A stretch of DNA of 64,000 bases from a virus (lineage: Duplodnaviria > Caudoviricetes): the IMG/VR virus record IMGVR_UViG_3300014208_000023, positions 1-64,000 of that record; one strand, 5' to 3'. The number at the start of each line of letters is the position of its first letter. Within the stretch, counting starts at the first letter, position 1. The notes below the pieces were generated by a model. That model was not told the DNA's origin, searched no databases, and was given only the letters and a program-made list of their open reading frames with translations. Position numbers and translations under genes: made by a program. This document shows, piece after piece, positions 63,607 to 64,000 of this stretch.

Positions 63607-63730
63607 ATCCCTCTAATCAAGTCCCAAGAACACTTGCCATTGTGATCCTGCTGCTAGTTAGACTAGAGGAGGTTTCCAGACGAGCGGCATGGAACTTGAT
63701 TAGAGGGATGAGAGGGATCGGCCCCTCATC
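63607..63730 (-). repeat. GC-hairpin + long-stem element
   Basis: GATGAGGGG..CCCTCTCATC overlapping perfect 16-bp ATCCCTCTAATCAAGT/ACTTGATTAGAGGGAT. Confidence 0.75.
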
Positions 63731-64000
63731 CGTCTATGTCAGAAGTACGGCTTAGGCTTCTTACCTTTGCCGAGGTTGATGTTCTGGATGAGAAGCTCCT
63801 TAGCCGCCTCATCCAACTGAGAGGTGTCGAGAGGAAACTCCCCCTTGTACGGGGGAGAATGCTCCTCGGTCTCGTGCTCCTCATCGGGATCGAACCTACG
63901 CGACTTGCCCACTTCTACTTCGCCTTTCTACGTAAGAGTACGAACGTTCCCAGGAGTAGCAGACCAACACATCCAAACGGTTGCGGCGGCTTGCTTGACC

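Noticed and set aside
1-64000. CRISPR array, reverse transcriptase/retron/DGR, integrase, structural genes
   Set aside because: No regularly spaced identical repeats and no RT, Cas, recombinase or virion motifs were recognised in this window.
1-64000. Stop-codon reassignment
   Set aside because: Genes tile tightly under code 11 with TAA, TAG and TGA all used as stops, and no suppressor tRNA was found.

Overview
Fragment of a large lytic dsDNA (jumbo-type) phage genome, almost entirely minus-strand and densely packed with small accessory genes. No capsid, terminase or polymerase genes were recognised in this window. Left ~45 kb (spot-counted GC ~40-47%): six tRNAs (Arg-UCU, Thr-UGU, Lys-UUU, Ala-UGC, Glu-UUC and an atypical Gly-CCC), a tmRNA (tag GNDNQNAYAQAA), seven free-standing homing endonucleases (2 LAGLIDADG, 4 HNH-type, 1 GIY-YIG), Pth2, prolyl-4-hydroxylase, Nudix, GNAT, a J-domain-only protein, an orphan receiver domain, myxobacterial-style lipoproteins, and many structured non-coding segments and tRNA-like RNAs. 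Right ~19 kb (spot-counted GC ~52-62%): early/host-takeover-like region with sigma70 promoters and a Ycf46-like AAA ATPase. Main leads: (1) a repeated intergenic element, a short GC hairpin followed by a CCTTCT-initiated long stem with a variable cargo loop, in at least 9 copies including a gene-free tandem triplet; (2) a shared TGATATATA-N6-8-start signal without Shine-Dalgarno in front of unrelated endonucleases; (3) several non-canonical tRNA-like and large structured RNAs. All RNA structures were folded by eye and no database search was run.
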